Origin: Lingula anatina
Taxonomy: Eukaryota; Animalia; Brachiopoda
DNA length: 64,000 bases
Direction of reading: 5' to 3'
NCBI GenBank assembly: GCA_051362555.1
Contig: CM120647.1
Span: 12,686,651 to 12,750,650 of the forward strand
In this document: positions 1 to 13,470 of the stretch, in pieces
Position numbering within the stretch: the first letter of the stretch is position 1
Layout: every line of letters starts with the position of its first letter
Notes under the pieces: model-generated
Told to the model about the DNA's origin: nothing
The model's input: the letters and a program-made list of their open reading frames with translations, nothing else
Databases searched by the model: none
Position numbers and translations under genes: made by a program

Positions 1-35
1 ATATAGTGTTTGTTAGAAAGGACGTGCCACAATGA
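1..35 (+). CDS. 3' end of a further FkbM-family methyltransferase paralog (runs off the window's left edge)
   Basis: Translates as ...IVFVRKDVPQ*, the same C-terminus as paralogs 2-4; TGA at 33-35. Confidence 0.8.
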   Translation, partial: IVFVRKDVPQ

Positions 36-799
36 ATATGTGAGCAACTGGAACTTTTAAACTATTACAAAATCTTGTGACGTCATATAATACTAGAAAA
101 CGTGCGAGAATACGTGAAAGGTGTATTACCTTTTAGCAATAAGGATGAAACTCGTGGAAAAAAAAACAGCCAACATACAGTTTGTTCATAAAATGTTCTG
201 ATTCAATTTAGGAAATATATTTTATTTTACATTTGTTATTTTAATGTTTTTTCATATGCATTTGCAACTTTCTTAAAAAGGTTTATCAACATTTCCAAGT
301 AAAACAAATTTAATTCTTAATTTCTTTTTATAGAATAATAAATTATACTGATACCATACTATAAAGGCTTCTAGCAGAATTTTCTCATACGTGTAGCTCT
401 GGGCCCGTACATGTAACTCGAAAGCATGTCTTGGTAATTACTATTCTTGAGCAGGTATTATTTTTTCAATCCAATCAATACATATAAGCTTTTGTGTTCC
501 ACACGTGATAGAGCCCCACATGATAAAGAGTCCTGTTCCTATTAATTTGCACAGGTAAGTAAGCCTTGGCCTAGATTTTGACCCACTTACGTTAGGCTAA
601 CCCTAACCGGCATAATGTTATGGAGGGTGGACTTTCTGTTACACGGGCCCTCAGTTTCCTCACATAGGGGTAACATAGCCTTAAAAAGCAGACCGTCAAT
701 GCCTTATTTAATCACGATATTATCTTTCCAATCTATTTTCAGTTGACCGTAGAAATAAGGCAAAAGGCAAGGACGCCACAGATAAATTAAACAGACAAG

Positions 800-2225
800 A
801 TGGCGATGAACAAATGGGCAGGTGCTGTCCTTGCTGTTATTATCCTAGTTGTTTGCATTTCAATGATTATTTTTCGTCCCGTTTGTGAAATGAAATTGGG
901 TCTTTTATCAAAACACTTGAGTGATTCTATAAAAGAACGTCCATACAATAACAGTTTGACCTCAGAATTTATTAAACGTCTAGGCACCGGGAACATAGAC
1001 GCCGTCAATGAAGACCTTTTAGAACATTTAAGAGGGAAATGGATTCTCCCTCCTTCCAAGCTGTCCTATAATCTTTCCAAACCAAAGGCAACATACTGGG
1101 ACCAAATGGGGCAATCAAAATTAGTAGATAAGATTCTGAAGCAACGCCGAAAAGGATTCTTCGTGGAATCAGGAGCATATGATGGAGAGGGTCATTCCAA
1201 TTCTCTCTTCTTCGAGATTTCTCGAGACTGGAAAGGACTGCTTGTGGAGCCAAACCCGTGGTCCTTTGAAGTACTTTTGAACAAGAACAGGTGAGGGTAG
1301 TTTACGAGAAGAAAGGAGATAGTCATCGCCTCTTTAGTGTAGCGGTGATGCATGTGCTTTGTTGGATTTTTCGACTTCCAGTTGTCACAGTGCCTGATTC
1401 ATTTTTCTTCAGGAGCAGATTAAGCGTACAGCGTTTTTTCCCATGCACACATTCTTTTGTCTCGTAGTGTTAAGAGAAGATGGCAGTCTCTCATATTAAA
1501 AAAGTGAATAGAATGTCTCAAAGTGATTATTATTATTATTATTATTTGAAATAGATTGAACCACCAAGCTTCAAATTCGCGTCAATATGAATTTGGCATG
1601 CTGCTTTCTACGCTCATCTAAATTATATACTTAACGACGATCAAAATGTGCATTCAAGATATGGAATGAAAGTCTTTACTGATCGACATGTTCGTTTTGC
1701 TGATCTTGAATATATTACATGTGCCAAAAAAGTTCGTTTATTTCCTCGTGACCTGGCTAATATGTCTTATCTTAAATTCTTTCCAGGAAAACTTACGCTG
1801 TAAATTCGTGCTTAGCAACGGGAAGCAGTCCCGCAAAGGTTGATTTTACGTATGCTAAGGAGATAGGAGGAATACCGAAACACAGCCATGTAATTCCTAA
1901 AAGGGAACAAAACTTGATACAAGGAAAAAGTCGCATACAGTGTTTTCCCATTCGCTCTCTCCTGGCCGCCATCGGCCGGAATCACGTAGACTACTTTACC
2001 TTGGACGTAGAGGGTGCCGAAATAGACATCCTCAAATCGTTTCCATGGCAACACGTCACCGTGGACGTGTGGACGATAGAGTACGCAGTTCACGGCGGAG
2101 GTCCTGATACGCCAAAACGTGAGAAAGCAATCAGGGAGATATTCAAAAATACAGGACTCTACAGGGAAGGTACCATTCTGGGAGGACAAGATATAGTGTT
2201 TGTTAGAAATGACGTGCCGCAATGA
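800..2225 (+). CDS. FkbM/Methyltransf_21 (Star-like) type II membrane methyltransferase, paralog 1 (309 aa)
   Basis: Coding exons 800-1290 and 1787-2225, GT-AG phase-2 intron. N-terminal hydrophobic anchor, FFVESGAYDGE..SNSLFFE...W.GLLVEPNP, DYFTLDVEGAE and D-I-V-F motifs. Probable 5'UTR intron 555-742 (cag|gtaagt ... ttttcag), conserved in paralog 4. Confidence 0.9.
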
Positions 2226-5026
2226 ACAAGCAATCACGAGCAAGTTACAAATAGAACTGTACTTTATATGAACTTTTCACGCGATACAACACGAATGATA
2301 GCGTTTCTCAGAACGTACTTAAAAAGAGAAGATCAGCAATACGTTACAAATTAGATTGTTCTGTTTAGTTTTCACGTGATACAATATAATGTACTGTTTG
2401 ATGTTTGTCAGGAAGGAATATTATAGTGAAAAAGCAGCCATGCATATGGTTGTGTACATGTATATCTTGAATTTAGCATTCAGCGGGATAATGTTTTTGT
2501 CGGTATATATGTTTATAAACATGCTTAAAATTAACATCGATACTGGGGCACCACATTTATGTAGGTTTTGTGACATTAATTAATGAAATCATAAAATAGT
2601 TTCTCAAAACAATCATGGTCCTCATGCTTTTCTCTATATAAATTGAAATTACACTCTGTCATCATGGGGCCTTTTACTGAGGAACCTGCAGTAATCCAGC
2701 CCAAAGGAGGTACAATTGATTAAAACTATGAAAAAAGAAGACCGTTCGAGTTCACGTCAAACCAGGATATAAAAGTAGTAAGTCACATAAATGAGGACGT
2801 GTGAATAGGCCAGTTTTGCAATAAAAAAGTAACACATAACCAAATGTTTTCACATTCAAATGCTTTATTTTAGTCGACAAATTATATAACAGTTTTCTCA
2901 TAACATGGGTCAGAAGTGACACAATATTATATTCTTCTCACTGAAAAATGCATTCACATATTAACATAAGCTAATAAAAATGTTACTAGCTGTATAGTAT
3001 TTCACAAACCAGCCATGAATGTTGTTAATGAATACTAAAATACAGACTGATGGAACAAAGGCAAATTGTAATATATATGGTGATTTCACAAACCGGTCAA
3101 TATAGTGGATCGCCCTTGCCCCGTCAGATTTTGTAGTTGATGCAATTATAAAAGTATTTGGCGTGAATATGATACGTGTCACTAAGGCTTTCCTTGTCAC
3201 TTTTACAACATTCTCTCTGATCGTCATCACCATAATCATCTGGAGAATTTGTCAAGTTGTCATGGAAACAGGATAGTTGTCATAGAAACAGGATGTTATT
3301 CGCACACTAGAATGGTTCCAATATTTGGCCAGGACATCGTCCTATAGCACAAACAGAAAACTTCGAGCAAAATTTGTGAAGAGTTATACACATGAACTCG
3401 ACCGGTCACTAACTACATGTATAAAAAGTTCCTCACAATTACAAATGGAGCAAAATACTGCCGATTGTAACTGATACACGCGTAGTCATTGTAGATGTGG
3501 AACTCTATAGATACAACAAAAGTATGATTACTTAAAAGTCCAATGCTTATTATGTTAGGCCAGAGACAGTCTCAAGTTCACTGAGAGTATACAATCTTGC
3601 CACTGGTTCAGACATGCAAAGTGCAACGAACAGTAGCTGTGTTCAGATATCATTCGGAAATACATACCAATAAAATAGCCTTTTTATCAACATCCGTTTA
3701 CATTCGAGTGTACAGGAGGCGTCGTTCTAATTTCAGTATACTGTATATAAGACGTGTAACTGACTCAAATTTTGTATAATCTTTGAATAAGAATTAAAAG
3801 TTAGAGTTTCTTTATTACATGAAACTATGACTAAAAGTTGACAGAGGTACAAAAAAAGTGGAAAGAAGGTAGATTATTTATCATTAGCAACCTGCCCCGT
3901 GATATCCTGGATTCATCCATAGGTTGATCAAGGGGATCGTGGACCTGAGCCCCCCCCCCCCTCCCCACACACACACACACACACACACACACTCATTCAG
4001 TAGATTCAGCCTTTGTCCATTACAAGAAGGCGGAAAAACAGGCCAAGGCCTAAAAATCGAAGAAGGTTTCATACCAAATATTATAACAAAGACTTATGGA
4101 ATAAAATTATTTGCTAGGTTTTATAATTACTGGTATATGAGTATGTTGGAAAAAACAGGAGTCCCCCTATCGCACGCAGGTTGGAAACTGGCAGATGACG
4201 ATAAATAAACTTAGCTACACATAATTATAAAAGGCAGGGCATACAATATGCCACCAATGAATCAATTATGGTGTTGTGTCTTTTCAGCACATGCTAAATC
4301 CAGTCTAACCTAAAACAACGTGGAATGTTCAAATGTATTTTGTCAAATTTATTAATTATTTGGTTAAACATTTTGTTTTAGCTATTAATAAAGATAACTA
4401 TCAGTTTGATAAAATATTTTATCCATCACTCAGCCCAGTCAGGACTTGGGTACTAGTAATAATTAATATTAATACCATAATCTCTCTAAAACTGAATTAA
4501 AATACATTCACTCTCTCACTATGTATGCTGTAACAAAAGTTTTGATACTCTAAATCTGCCAATTAAGGTTCATGTATAAGATGGAAAAAATAATGTGGAA
4601 ACCAAGCTACTAGCAGCAGCAGCGGTTTCTGGTCACATTTATGGTTATTAAGATACTAGACGTTCAGTAAAATAAGATATAATTTGATCTTCTTTTTAAA
4701 TAAATGTTTACACTTCACAGTGACTAACATATATTATTATTAATATTCATTTCTTTTTTAAATGCGTTCTTTCAATTTCTATATTTTGCTTAGATGGAAA
4801 ACTATTCATTGTGTGAACTGAATTGAAGACCACTTTAAACTGCTGGACCTCAGATACTGGTGTCGAACAGCATAACGTTAATTATGAGGGGTGTTGTAGC
4901 CTATACGATCAGACGAATTATAAAATTGTCTTTTGTTTAACAAAACCTTTTAGTACTTAGCCATATATATTTTGTTAATAAGAGGTATCACCTAAAATCA
5001 TTTAACACCCAAACCCAATATAGAAG

Positions 5027-5193
5027 CAGGGGCGGATCCAGAGATATTTTCTGACAGTCTTCCAAATTATATTTGTTGGTCCATCCTCCATTTTGACCGT
5101 CTTCTGACAAAAAACATTAGATACCTGTCAATGTAAACTTCAAAATTACACCGTCTTCTGGAAGACCCGGAAAACGGCTTAAATCCGCCCCTG
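5027..5193. mobile_element. MITE family A (CAGGGGCGGAT TIRs), copy 1
   Basis: TIR CAGGGGCGGAT/ATCCGCCCCTG, flanking TAGAAG duplicated; three more copies in the window. Confidence 0.85.
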
Positions 5194-6544
5194 TAGAAGT
5201 GCAATTGAGGTCACAGGCATGCTCCTAAAATATTTAGTGCACAGATTGCAAACTGTCTGATTATTTTAGGGTCCTACGTGAAGAAGTTTGTAAAAAAGTT
5301 TCACTCTCCGTGAACTATGAATAATAAAAAATAATTCAGCTTCTATCCCAAAAAAAGGAACATACGTTACTGTCACGAATGCAAAAAGTTCAACTATGAA
5401 ACGTTATATTCACTTTGAAAATTCAATTTCATCAAAGACCGTCACTCTCTTACCGACCGGAGAAATGCCACGCGGCATTATACTGGCACTGTGGCACAGT
5501 GTATCCGGGCTTATCATTATTTTGTAAGTGATTGGGATATCTCTAGTCACAGAAATAACACAAGTCTCAGTTAGTTTCCAGAGTCTGTATTGAACTATTT
5601 TCCCCGATAAATGAAACACCTAAACAGAGTCCGCTCATACAATTGGGCCATCTCCCCGTCTATCAGTTATGTCAGAATATTACGACGAACACTAATTGTC
5701 TCTCATCCATACATACACAATGAGTGGTATGTGTAACATCATAGGTCGCATTCAACGATCTTCCCATGTTAATGTACGATCTCAACTACCGCATCCACTC
5801 CCCTCCAGCGGAGGCTATTTGCGCGTCAAGGCAATGCAAACCTAACCACAACCGTACTAGCGTCCGGTAATGACCCGTTACAAACATGACCTGAGAAGTA
5901 TGACATAAAATCCTGAGCGCCTTTGTTCTAGCAAAAGCGGCATTATTCATTGAAATATTAAATAAAACGCTAGTAAATCATTCCCGTTAAAGCATTTTAG
6001 GAAACAACGCGAAAACTATTACTGTGCTAAAAAAAAGTAGAAAACGCAAATTTACGAGCTATGTCGGTAGCGCTTAACGGCATTAACCGGAAGCTAAACT
6101 TTTTAACGTACGTAAAGCCCCTTTTACATACCATTATAGTAAACTTGAAACTTACTTTAAACTATAAAGTAGTAATTATTTACTATGCTTACTTTCTATG
6201 CTGTTTCGCTGGCCCGTTTACTCTAATTTTCCTCCGTTTTTCTTCGATGAGAAATTGACTACTGTATACTGCTCTACGTTAACTCAAAGACAAATGCGAG
6301 GTCAGCGGATGAGACTAAGAAAACAAGGGAATTTTAGTGACCAATAATAGTTGCTTTCGCTCATCAAAGAGATCTGGCCACCCTTGACGTCAGTAACCGC
6401 ACCCAACCACTGTTAGAAAACAAAGGGACATCGGTCTCTCCCTTGTCCTCTATTGTGCTGGCCCTCACATCTATCGCAATACTTACAACAGCACCTGTTA
6501 AACTGCCCGACATTTGCTTCAAGAGCACCTTGGCTGTCATCCTA

Positions 6545-6757
6545 GGGCGCATTCCCATAGATTTTAGATCGATCTATCCCCATGGGGAGTCTCACTAGTG
6601 TACTGTCAGATAATCCGGCTTAAATGTCCGTCCCGCCTACTACAAGCTGTAAGGGGGTAATTAACTTTCGTGCCCGCTCGGCTGACAGCTATTTAGCGTG
6701 AACCCCCAGGGAGTAGGTCGATCTAGATGGATCGATCTAATCTCTGGGAATGGGGTC
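6545..6757. mobile_element. MITE family B (PIF/Harbinger-like; TIR ~GACCCCATTCCCA)
   Basis: Imperfect TIRs ...CATTCCCATAGATTTTAGATCGATC / GATCGATCTAATCTCTGGGAATGGGGTC; 3-bp TSD CTA; empty paralogous site at ~27938-27960; other copies at ~36845-37052 and 51338-51452. Confidence 0.8.
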
Positions 6758-7084
6758 CTAGAGTTCAATGGCTTTACGCATCTTATATGCGCGCTTACAC
6801 GATTCACTATTGAATAAACGTGAAAAGTGCAGTTTTCCTTCAAACACACCACGGCGTATAGACCTATTAACTTTGATAGTTACTCATAAAGTGCCTGTCA
6901 CATTCAGTTTTACGTGCTTTTCTGAACACATGTACAGCTGCTGATTGTACCACTACGGCACTATGTCTGCACGGACCAAAATCAACATTTTTCTATCATT
7001 CTTATTGTAGAAATTTAGAAATACACTTGGAAAATTAAAAATAGAGTTCCAATTGTAACATATACGTATTCAGGATTGCTTTTT

Positions 7085-8471
7085 TTATTGTGGCACATCC
7101 TTTCTGACAAACACTATATCTAGGTTCCTTAGAATGGTACCTTCCCTGTAGAGACCTGTATTTTTGAAGATCTCCCTGATTGCTTTCTCACGTTTTGGCG
7201 TACCAGGACCTCCGCCGTGAACCAAGAACTCTATGGTCCACACGTCAACAGTGACATGTTCCCATGGAAACGATTTAAGGATTTCTATTTCGGCGCCTTC
7301 TACGTCCAAACTAAAGTAGTCTACGTGATTCCGACCGATGGCGGCCAGGAGAGAGAAAATGGGAAAACACTGTATGCGACTTTTTCCTTCTACCATGTCT
7401 TGTTCATCCTTAGGAATTACAGGGCTGTGCTTTGGTATTCCTCCTATCTCCATTGCGAAGGTAAAATCGACCACTGAGGGACTGCGACCCGTTGCTAAGC
7501 AGGTATTAACAGCGTAAGCTTTCCTGGAACGTAAGATAAACAGTCAACACAAGAAACGAGGAAATAAACAAACATTCTCTGCCACGTGTACGTAATATAT
7601 ATTAAAGATCAACATATGAATAAATTGATCAGTAAATGTTGTAATGTTCTAATGGTCTAATACATATTTTAATTGATATTAAATATAGAATTTAGATATT
7701 CATATTGACAGGAATTTAAATTCTGAAGGTACAATTAACTACTAGTATCAATAAAACACTTTGTGGCAGTCTCTTCACTTTTATCTGTTAGACTGTTATC
7801 TTTTCTTAAAGCTACTATAAAAGAAAGAATGTATAGTAGCGGCGTACATTTAACGTATATCCACCTGATGAAAATGAATTTGTTATTGTGACAACTGGAA
7901 GTAAAAAATCCAACAAAATACATGCATCATCGCTTCACTAAAGAGGCAATGACTATCTCGTTCTACTCGTAAACTACCCTTACCTGTTTTTGTTCAAAAG
8001 AACTTCAAAGGACCACGGGTTTGGCTCCACAAGCAATCCTTCCCAGTCTCGTGAAATCTCAAAGAAGAGAGAATTGGAATGAGCCTCTCCATCATATGCT
8101 CCTGATTCCACGAAGAATCCTTTGCGGCGTTGCTTCAAAATCTTATCTACCAATTTTGATTGTCCAATTTGATCCCAGTGTGTTGCCTTTGGGGTGGAAA
8201 GATTGTGTGGCAGCTTGGAAGGAGGAAGAATCCATTTCCCTCTTAAGTGTTCTAAAAGGTCTTCATTTAGGGGGTCTATGTTCCCGTTTCTTAGACGTTT
8301 AATGAACTTCGTGGTCAAACTGTTACTGTGTGGATGTTCTTTTATAAAATCACTCAAGTGTTGTGTTAGATGTTCCAATTCCGTTTCACAAACGGGATGA
8401 AAAAAATTCATCGAACAAACAACTAACAAAATAACGGCAAGAACAGCAATTGTCCATTTGTTCATCGCCAT
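7085..8471 (-). CDS. FkbM/Methyltransf_21 (Star-like) methyltransferase, paralog 2 (308 aa)
   Basis: Exons 8471-7984 and 7523-7085, GT-AG intron, frame intact, same motifs as paralog 1. Confidence 0.9.
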
Positions 8472-10769
8472 CTTGTTTGTTTAACTTATCTGAGCTGTTC
8501 GTACCTTTTGGTTTATTCCTTCGATGAACTAAAATAGATTGGAACAAAAATACCATGAGATTAAATAAGGCATTGGCAGCGTGTATTTTAAACCTATGTT
8601 ACACCCGTGCGGCCGTGTGAGGAAACTGAGGGCCTGTGTAACAGTTGGGAGTCACATGGTCGTGCAAAAAAGTCCCATTTTTAGACATTTTTGGCCCATT
8701 TGACCTTGAAATAAAGGTCAAGGGTCAAATCCAAGGGCATATTTGATATCTCCACATGACTGTAGAAATTTTTCACGTGATTCCTTCAGTTTGGGAGATA
8801 TTTACCATTGAATTTTCAAAAATTTTGACAAGGGTGCGTTTCAACGAGCGTCACGCTCAAGCCAATGCACTGACCGAGACAAAAAAAGGGGGTTCAAGTT
8901 GAGATTATGAGTGACCTTAATCCAAGAGATAGGGACACAGGTCCTTGGGGTCTAGGAGGAGAAGCGGTAACGGTGACTTGTATTCGGCGCCAGAACGCGG
9001 AGCCGCAGGAGCCGGCGGAGCCGTAAGAGACGGGTCGGGACTAAAACCATGAGTCAGCCACACATTAGCCATAAGAGCCTATAATAACTTAAAACAGGAT
9101 AAATTACGCGATAGTATGGGATTGGGTAATGAGTCACTCTTCCAAACCCATCCCAAACACCATCATTCACGAATATGACAGTCTTAAACACAGTGCAGAG
9201 AACGATAGAATTTTGTCGCAATAAGGGTCCAAAGGGTAGGCACGCAGCAAAACTAACGTGTTCTTTAAAACAGATTAGGAGATATTATCGCAAATATAAA
9301 ACGAATTTAAATAAATGAAATGCATTTGTTTCTAACATTCAGTGTACATCTTTTTTCTTCTTTTTTGTAGTATGTAAGAGTTTTTTAGAAGCTTAAAAAC
9401 TTCAAAAATTGACTTCAAAAATTGGAGACCATAACAGAGTCAGCCAAGGGCAAGTTTCGGTGTCACATTTGATCACGTCATGATGGACAGATGAAGGACC
9501 AGAACAGACGCTCGGAAACAGTTTCCAACCAAAGGACCGATTTTGACCTGAGGCCCAGGATAGAGCCGTAACAGACATTACCTGGTTATGCGGTGGGAGA
9601 CCTGCGTCTCCACTTCGCCTATTTTACCCCAGTGAGTAAACATACTCTCGTGCTTCATTTTAGGTTTTCAGATTTGGTAATGTAAACATGTCAATACACA
9701 TCAGGGCAAGACCTTACCTTTCATCTTGGACAGATTACAGCATGTTATATAGATTGGTATATGACATTTAAACAGTACACAGATATAAAATAATAACGAG
9801 GCAGTTAATCCTATATGTAGATTATCTAAATGAAAGAAACAGCAGCAGCAACAACAACGAAATAACAGATTTAAAAATAAGTCAGACAACCGAAAATGGT
9901 TGCCCTAACAATACACAGCAGTATACATGATTAAAATAGAATAAGCTGAGATAATGTACGGTACCTTAGCTAGGGTAGAAAGTCTGGATGTGCTCGTAAA
10001 TGGAGCTAGGGCATGTCTGTCTTCTATATGTACATGTACCATAATACATTGTAGATGGTTGATTACTTACGTCACGTAACGTAAGTATATTGGTTGACTG
10101 GGACCTCTTCCGTCACGCTTTTCTGCTGAAATATGCATATTTAAAGCCTCGGTCACAACCAGACGCATGAATCTTAGGGCCGTAAATCCCCTATTTAGGT
10201 CCAGAGGAGGCCATGGAGTTCATTGATGTAGACGAAAAGTTTCAATGGAAAGGCGCAAGTCTGCCTTGCGAGTCGCAGTGGCCATGTGAGACGTCCTTTC
10301 AAGCAGGGGCGCTAACTGCAAGGTGCGATGGCTTTGGATATTGTACTCATTTCTTGAGTTTGTTTTGCTACCAGCGTACGTGAGAATGCAAGGCACAAGG
10401 GAAAATAGTTCCCTTTGCGTCATGTTTGCTTCAGACTTTCCTTACAACTTGTGAAGACGGGCTGACGTCAGTTTTGTCGTCTTTTCTCCTCTTCTTTCTT
10501 CTTCCTACTCCCTTCTTTCCTGCTCTCCAAGCTTCTTTCTCTTGCTTTTTGGATGTTTATTAGAGGCTGAATCGAGCAAAGTTTGAAACTTTGAAAATAC
10601 ACGTTGCAAAATCAACGTTCATTGTTGGGACAGGAGCGTGCGTCGTGAACACGTCGCAAGTGCGACGCATTGCCGGTGTGCTTTTGACTTTGTTCGTTAG
10701 CTGCGAAGGCATGCGCCGTACTAAACATGCAAAGGGCACTTGCTCCTTTACTTTACTTCCTTTACACTT

Positions 10770-10885
10770 GCTATTTGGGCAAACACCGAAGGGTCCCCGT
10801 ACCTGCTTGTGCAGTGACCAAGACAAGAAACACTTTTACAATGTATGGGCATTAGACGGGTTTCAAATTGCCCAATTTGGATTAG
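10770..10885 (+). pseudogene. 5'-truncated relic of a P2X7 C-terminal ballast-like exon (copy 2)
   Basis: Translates YLGKHRRVPVPACAVTKTRNTFTMYGH*TGFKLPNLD*; near-identical to 33830-33945. Confidence 0.6.
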
Positions 10886-11682
10886 AAGCAAGATAACTTA
10901 TGGCAGCTTCCATGATCTGAAGCTTTGTTCGTTACAGACTTATATCGGATACCATGCTACATGTACAAGGGTATTCCTTTGTATCTACTCTTGAACACAA
11001 AAGCTCATATGTATTGATTGAATTGAATAAATAATACTTGCTCAAGAATAATGATTACCAAGTTTGCTGCTACATTATATTATACAGAAATAAAGGAGGT
11101 CAACCAAAACTGACAATCATTTAGAATTCACTACATTTCTTGCAATGGATGATGTCAATATTTAACAAATATTACAGTTATTTATTCCATTTGGATAATG
11201 GCCACTAAAGCGGTTCACATGTTGCCGTATTATGCCTGACCCTTGTCAGGAATAATCGTTACTACTGGAGAGAATCCCTGGTTGGTTCTGGTGAGACGTC
11301 CTAAATAGGATTTCGAAGCCGAAAATTCTTCTAAAAGCCTTTAAAGTATCGTGTCAGTAAATTCTATTGATTTTATTTTAAAATTTGTTTCAATTGGAAA
11401 AGTTGATAAATCCTTTTAAGAAAGTTGCAAGTTCATATGAAACAAAATTAAAATAACAAATGTAAAATAAAATATATTTCCTAAATGGAATCAGAACATT
11501 TTACAAACACTGTATGTTGGCTGTGTGTTTTTCCTTTCTGACTATGAATCCACCCTTCTTATGCTTTGGGGGCTGATTGACCATCTTGGTTGCTCAGATT
11601 CTGTTACTGCTTGGCTGCATGAAAAAAAGCCGGTATAGTTTGGAATAAGCGATCGACTTGACAGCAACTTATTGGTGGTCAT

Positions 11683-11797
11683 AATTAGAGGGTTAAATGA
11701 ACTTACCGTAGGTGAGTGATATTTGACCTGGATTCCACATCATCGTCGGTGACAGAATAGGGTTCACATGAGAGATGCGCGCGCAGCTCAGCGTCAT
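11683..11797. repeat. DIRS 3' terminal repeat (ITR plus extension)
   Basis: 11732-11797 is an imperfect inverted copy of 16734-16800; 11683-11769 is the exact reverse complement of 11871-11957. Confidence 0.9.
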
Positions 11798-11870
11798 ATT
11801 TCAAAGTAGTTGTAGTGTGGACCACAGAGTGACAGAAAGGTTCACGGGAAGGGAACTATCCCAGGGTGGG

Positions 11871-11997
11871 ATGTGAACCCTATTCTGTCACCGACGATGA
11901 TGTGGAATCCAGGTCAAATATCACTCACCTACGGTAAGTTCATTTAACCCTCTAATTCCACATCACCGCCTAGTGACGTAATAGGCTCCACATGAGA
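11871..11997. repeat. DIRS internal complementary region (ICR)
   Basis: 11871-11957 = revcomp of 11683-11769; 11955-11997 = revcomp of 16758-16800; the two halves overlap at ATT. Confidence 0.92.
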
Positions 11998-12348
11998 CGT
12001 TCAAAGTGTGGTCCAAACACAACACCTTACAAGGTTTTTTGAAACCAGCAAATAAAGGCACAAACACTGTGTTTAAATCAACATGTATTAACTGCAAAGA
12101 ACAATAAACTTGTTTATCAAACAACTTGTAACAGCATATTTGATGCACAATAGAAATTCATCTGCACAATTTGCAGGAAACAACTCTAACTGCACAAGTT
12201 GCAGTTATAAACAGCATATTTAAATGCTCGAAAGAACTTCATCTGCACAATTTGCAGGTAACAACTGTAACTGCACAAGTTGCAGCTAAAAAAGTAAAAT
12301 CAAATAAACAGTTTATAAAACATCTCCCTGTAAATCTGAATGTCCATG

Positions 12349-13470
12349 TCAAACATGTGTACCAGTGCCAGACAAAATCGCATCTGCAAACTGGCCCTGT
12401 TGAGTTATTTCTTTATCGTAATATTTAGCAAATGTGCAATCTTTAGACCAGCCTGCCGTCTTCAAAATAGTGTCTAATGGCACTTTAGCAAGTTTTGCTT
12501 GTGAAGATGCTGCACTACGTGTGCTGTGTGGAGTAAATTTCTCCATGTCTATACCAGCCATATTCATAGTTTGCTTAATCCATCTAGATATGGTAGATTT
12601 GGCTGCTGCCTTAAATGGCTTTACAGATGTTAAAAACAATCTTGTGATATTTCCTCTTAAATGTTTGACACGGTCCATGTATTCCATTAAGACAGTACAT
12701 AAACATAATCGTCTATCTGGTGCATATGCTGTCACTGTTATTTCACCAATGTGGTGACCTGGTCTTGACTGCTTCAGTAAATCACCAAATCTAAATGTGA
12801 CTTTAGACTTATTAATTGTGATGTTACGAATGTCAATAAGATGCAAGGATTGCGTTCTTTGACCTGTCAATAAAATGGTCAATGTCACTGCTTTCTTGCT
12901 CAGTTGTAAAAGATTAAGTTTTTTCACAGGTGAAAGTTTTTTGAGGTAATTCAAAAGCAAACTTGTGTCCCATATCACATTGTTCCTTGGTAATGCAGGT
13001 CTAGAAGTAAAAACTCCTCTCATCAGTCTAACCACATGAGGATGAGCACCTGCTGGACACTTATCTACCATAATAAAAGTTGAAAGTGCTGATCTTGCTG
13101 TATTAAGAGCAGAATATCCAAGTCCCATATCAAAGCAATGGGCTAGAAAATTTACAACATCAGTTACATTTGGTGACAGGGTATTAATGTTCCTCTCACT
13201 ACAATATTGAATCCATCTGGAAATGTAAGATTCGTATTGCTTGACAGTTGTATCTCTCCATGAGGACATGACCAATTTGACAGCTGTTGGCGAAAATGCC
13301 ATGTCTTCGAAACTTTCCCTGACAATACACAAGCCATTAGCTGTAACTCTGGAAGATGATTGTCCATGTTTTTGTGTGGGTGCCACAGCAATTCTTGCTT
13401 CCTGGGAAGTAAAAAAGGACAAGATATTAACATATGGCTCAATTTTGAAAACCATACTTGAGTTGTCCAA
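12349..13470 (-). CDS. DIRS tyrosine recombinase (YR)
   Basis: Intact ORF overlapping the pol 3' end in another frame. N-terminal SSWRDTT..QY motif; catalytic R (TGQR), HSTR, AGW, FAKYY. Confidence 0.92.
   Translation of the reverse strand: MDNSSMVFKIEPYVNILSFFTSQEARIAVAPTQKHGQSSSRVTANGLCIVRESFEDMAFSPTAVKLVMSSWRDTTVKQYESYISRWIQYCSERNINTLSPNVTDVVNFLAHCFDMGLGYSALNTARSALSTFIMVDKCPAGAHPHVVRLMRGVFTSRPALPRNNVIWDTSLLLNYLKKLSPVKKLNLLQLSKKAVTLTILLTGQRTQSLHLIDIRNITINKSKVTFRFGDLLKQSRPGHHIGEITVTAYAPDRRLCLCTVLMEYMDRVKHLRGNITRLFLTSVKPFKAAAKSTISRWIKQTMNMAGIDMEKFTPHSTRSAASSQAKLAKVPLDTILKTAGWSKDCTFAKYYDKEITQQGQFADAILSGTGTHV

Noticed and set aside
787-2243. Antisense ORFs recurring in each methyltransferase paralog (e.g. 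MAPQA..., MEGGRIHF...)
   Set aside because: They recur only because the sense gene is duplicated; no independent motifs.
10141-10770. Possible transposase relic (ORFs 10220-10423, 10560-10826)
   Set aside because: No catalytic motif or paired TIR could be identified by eye.
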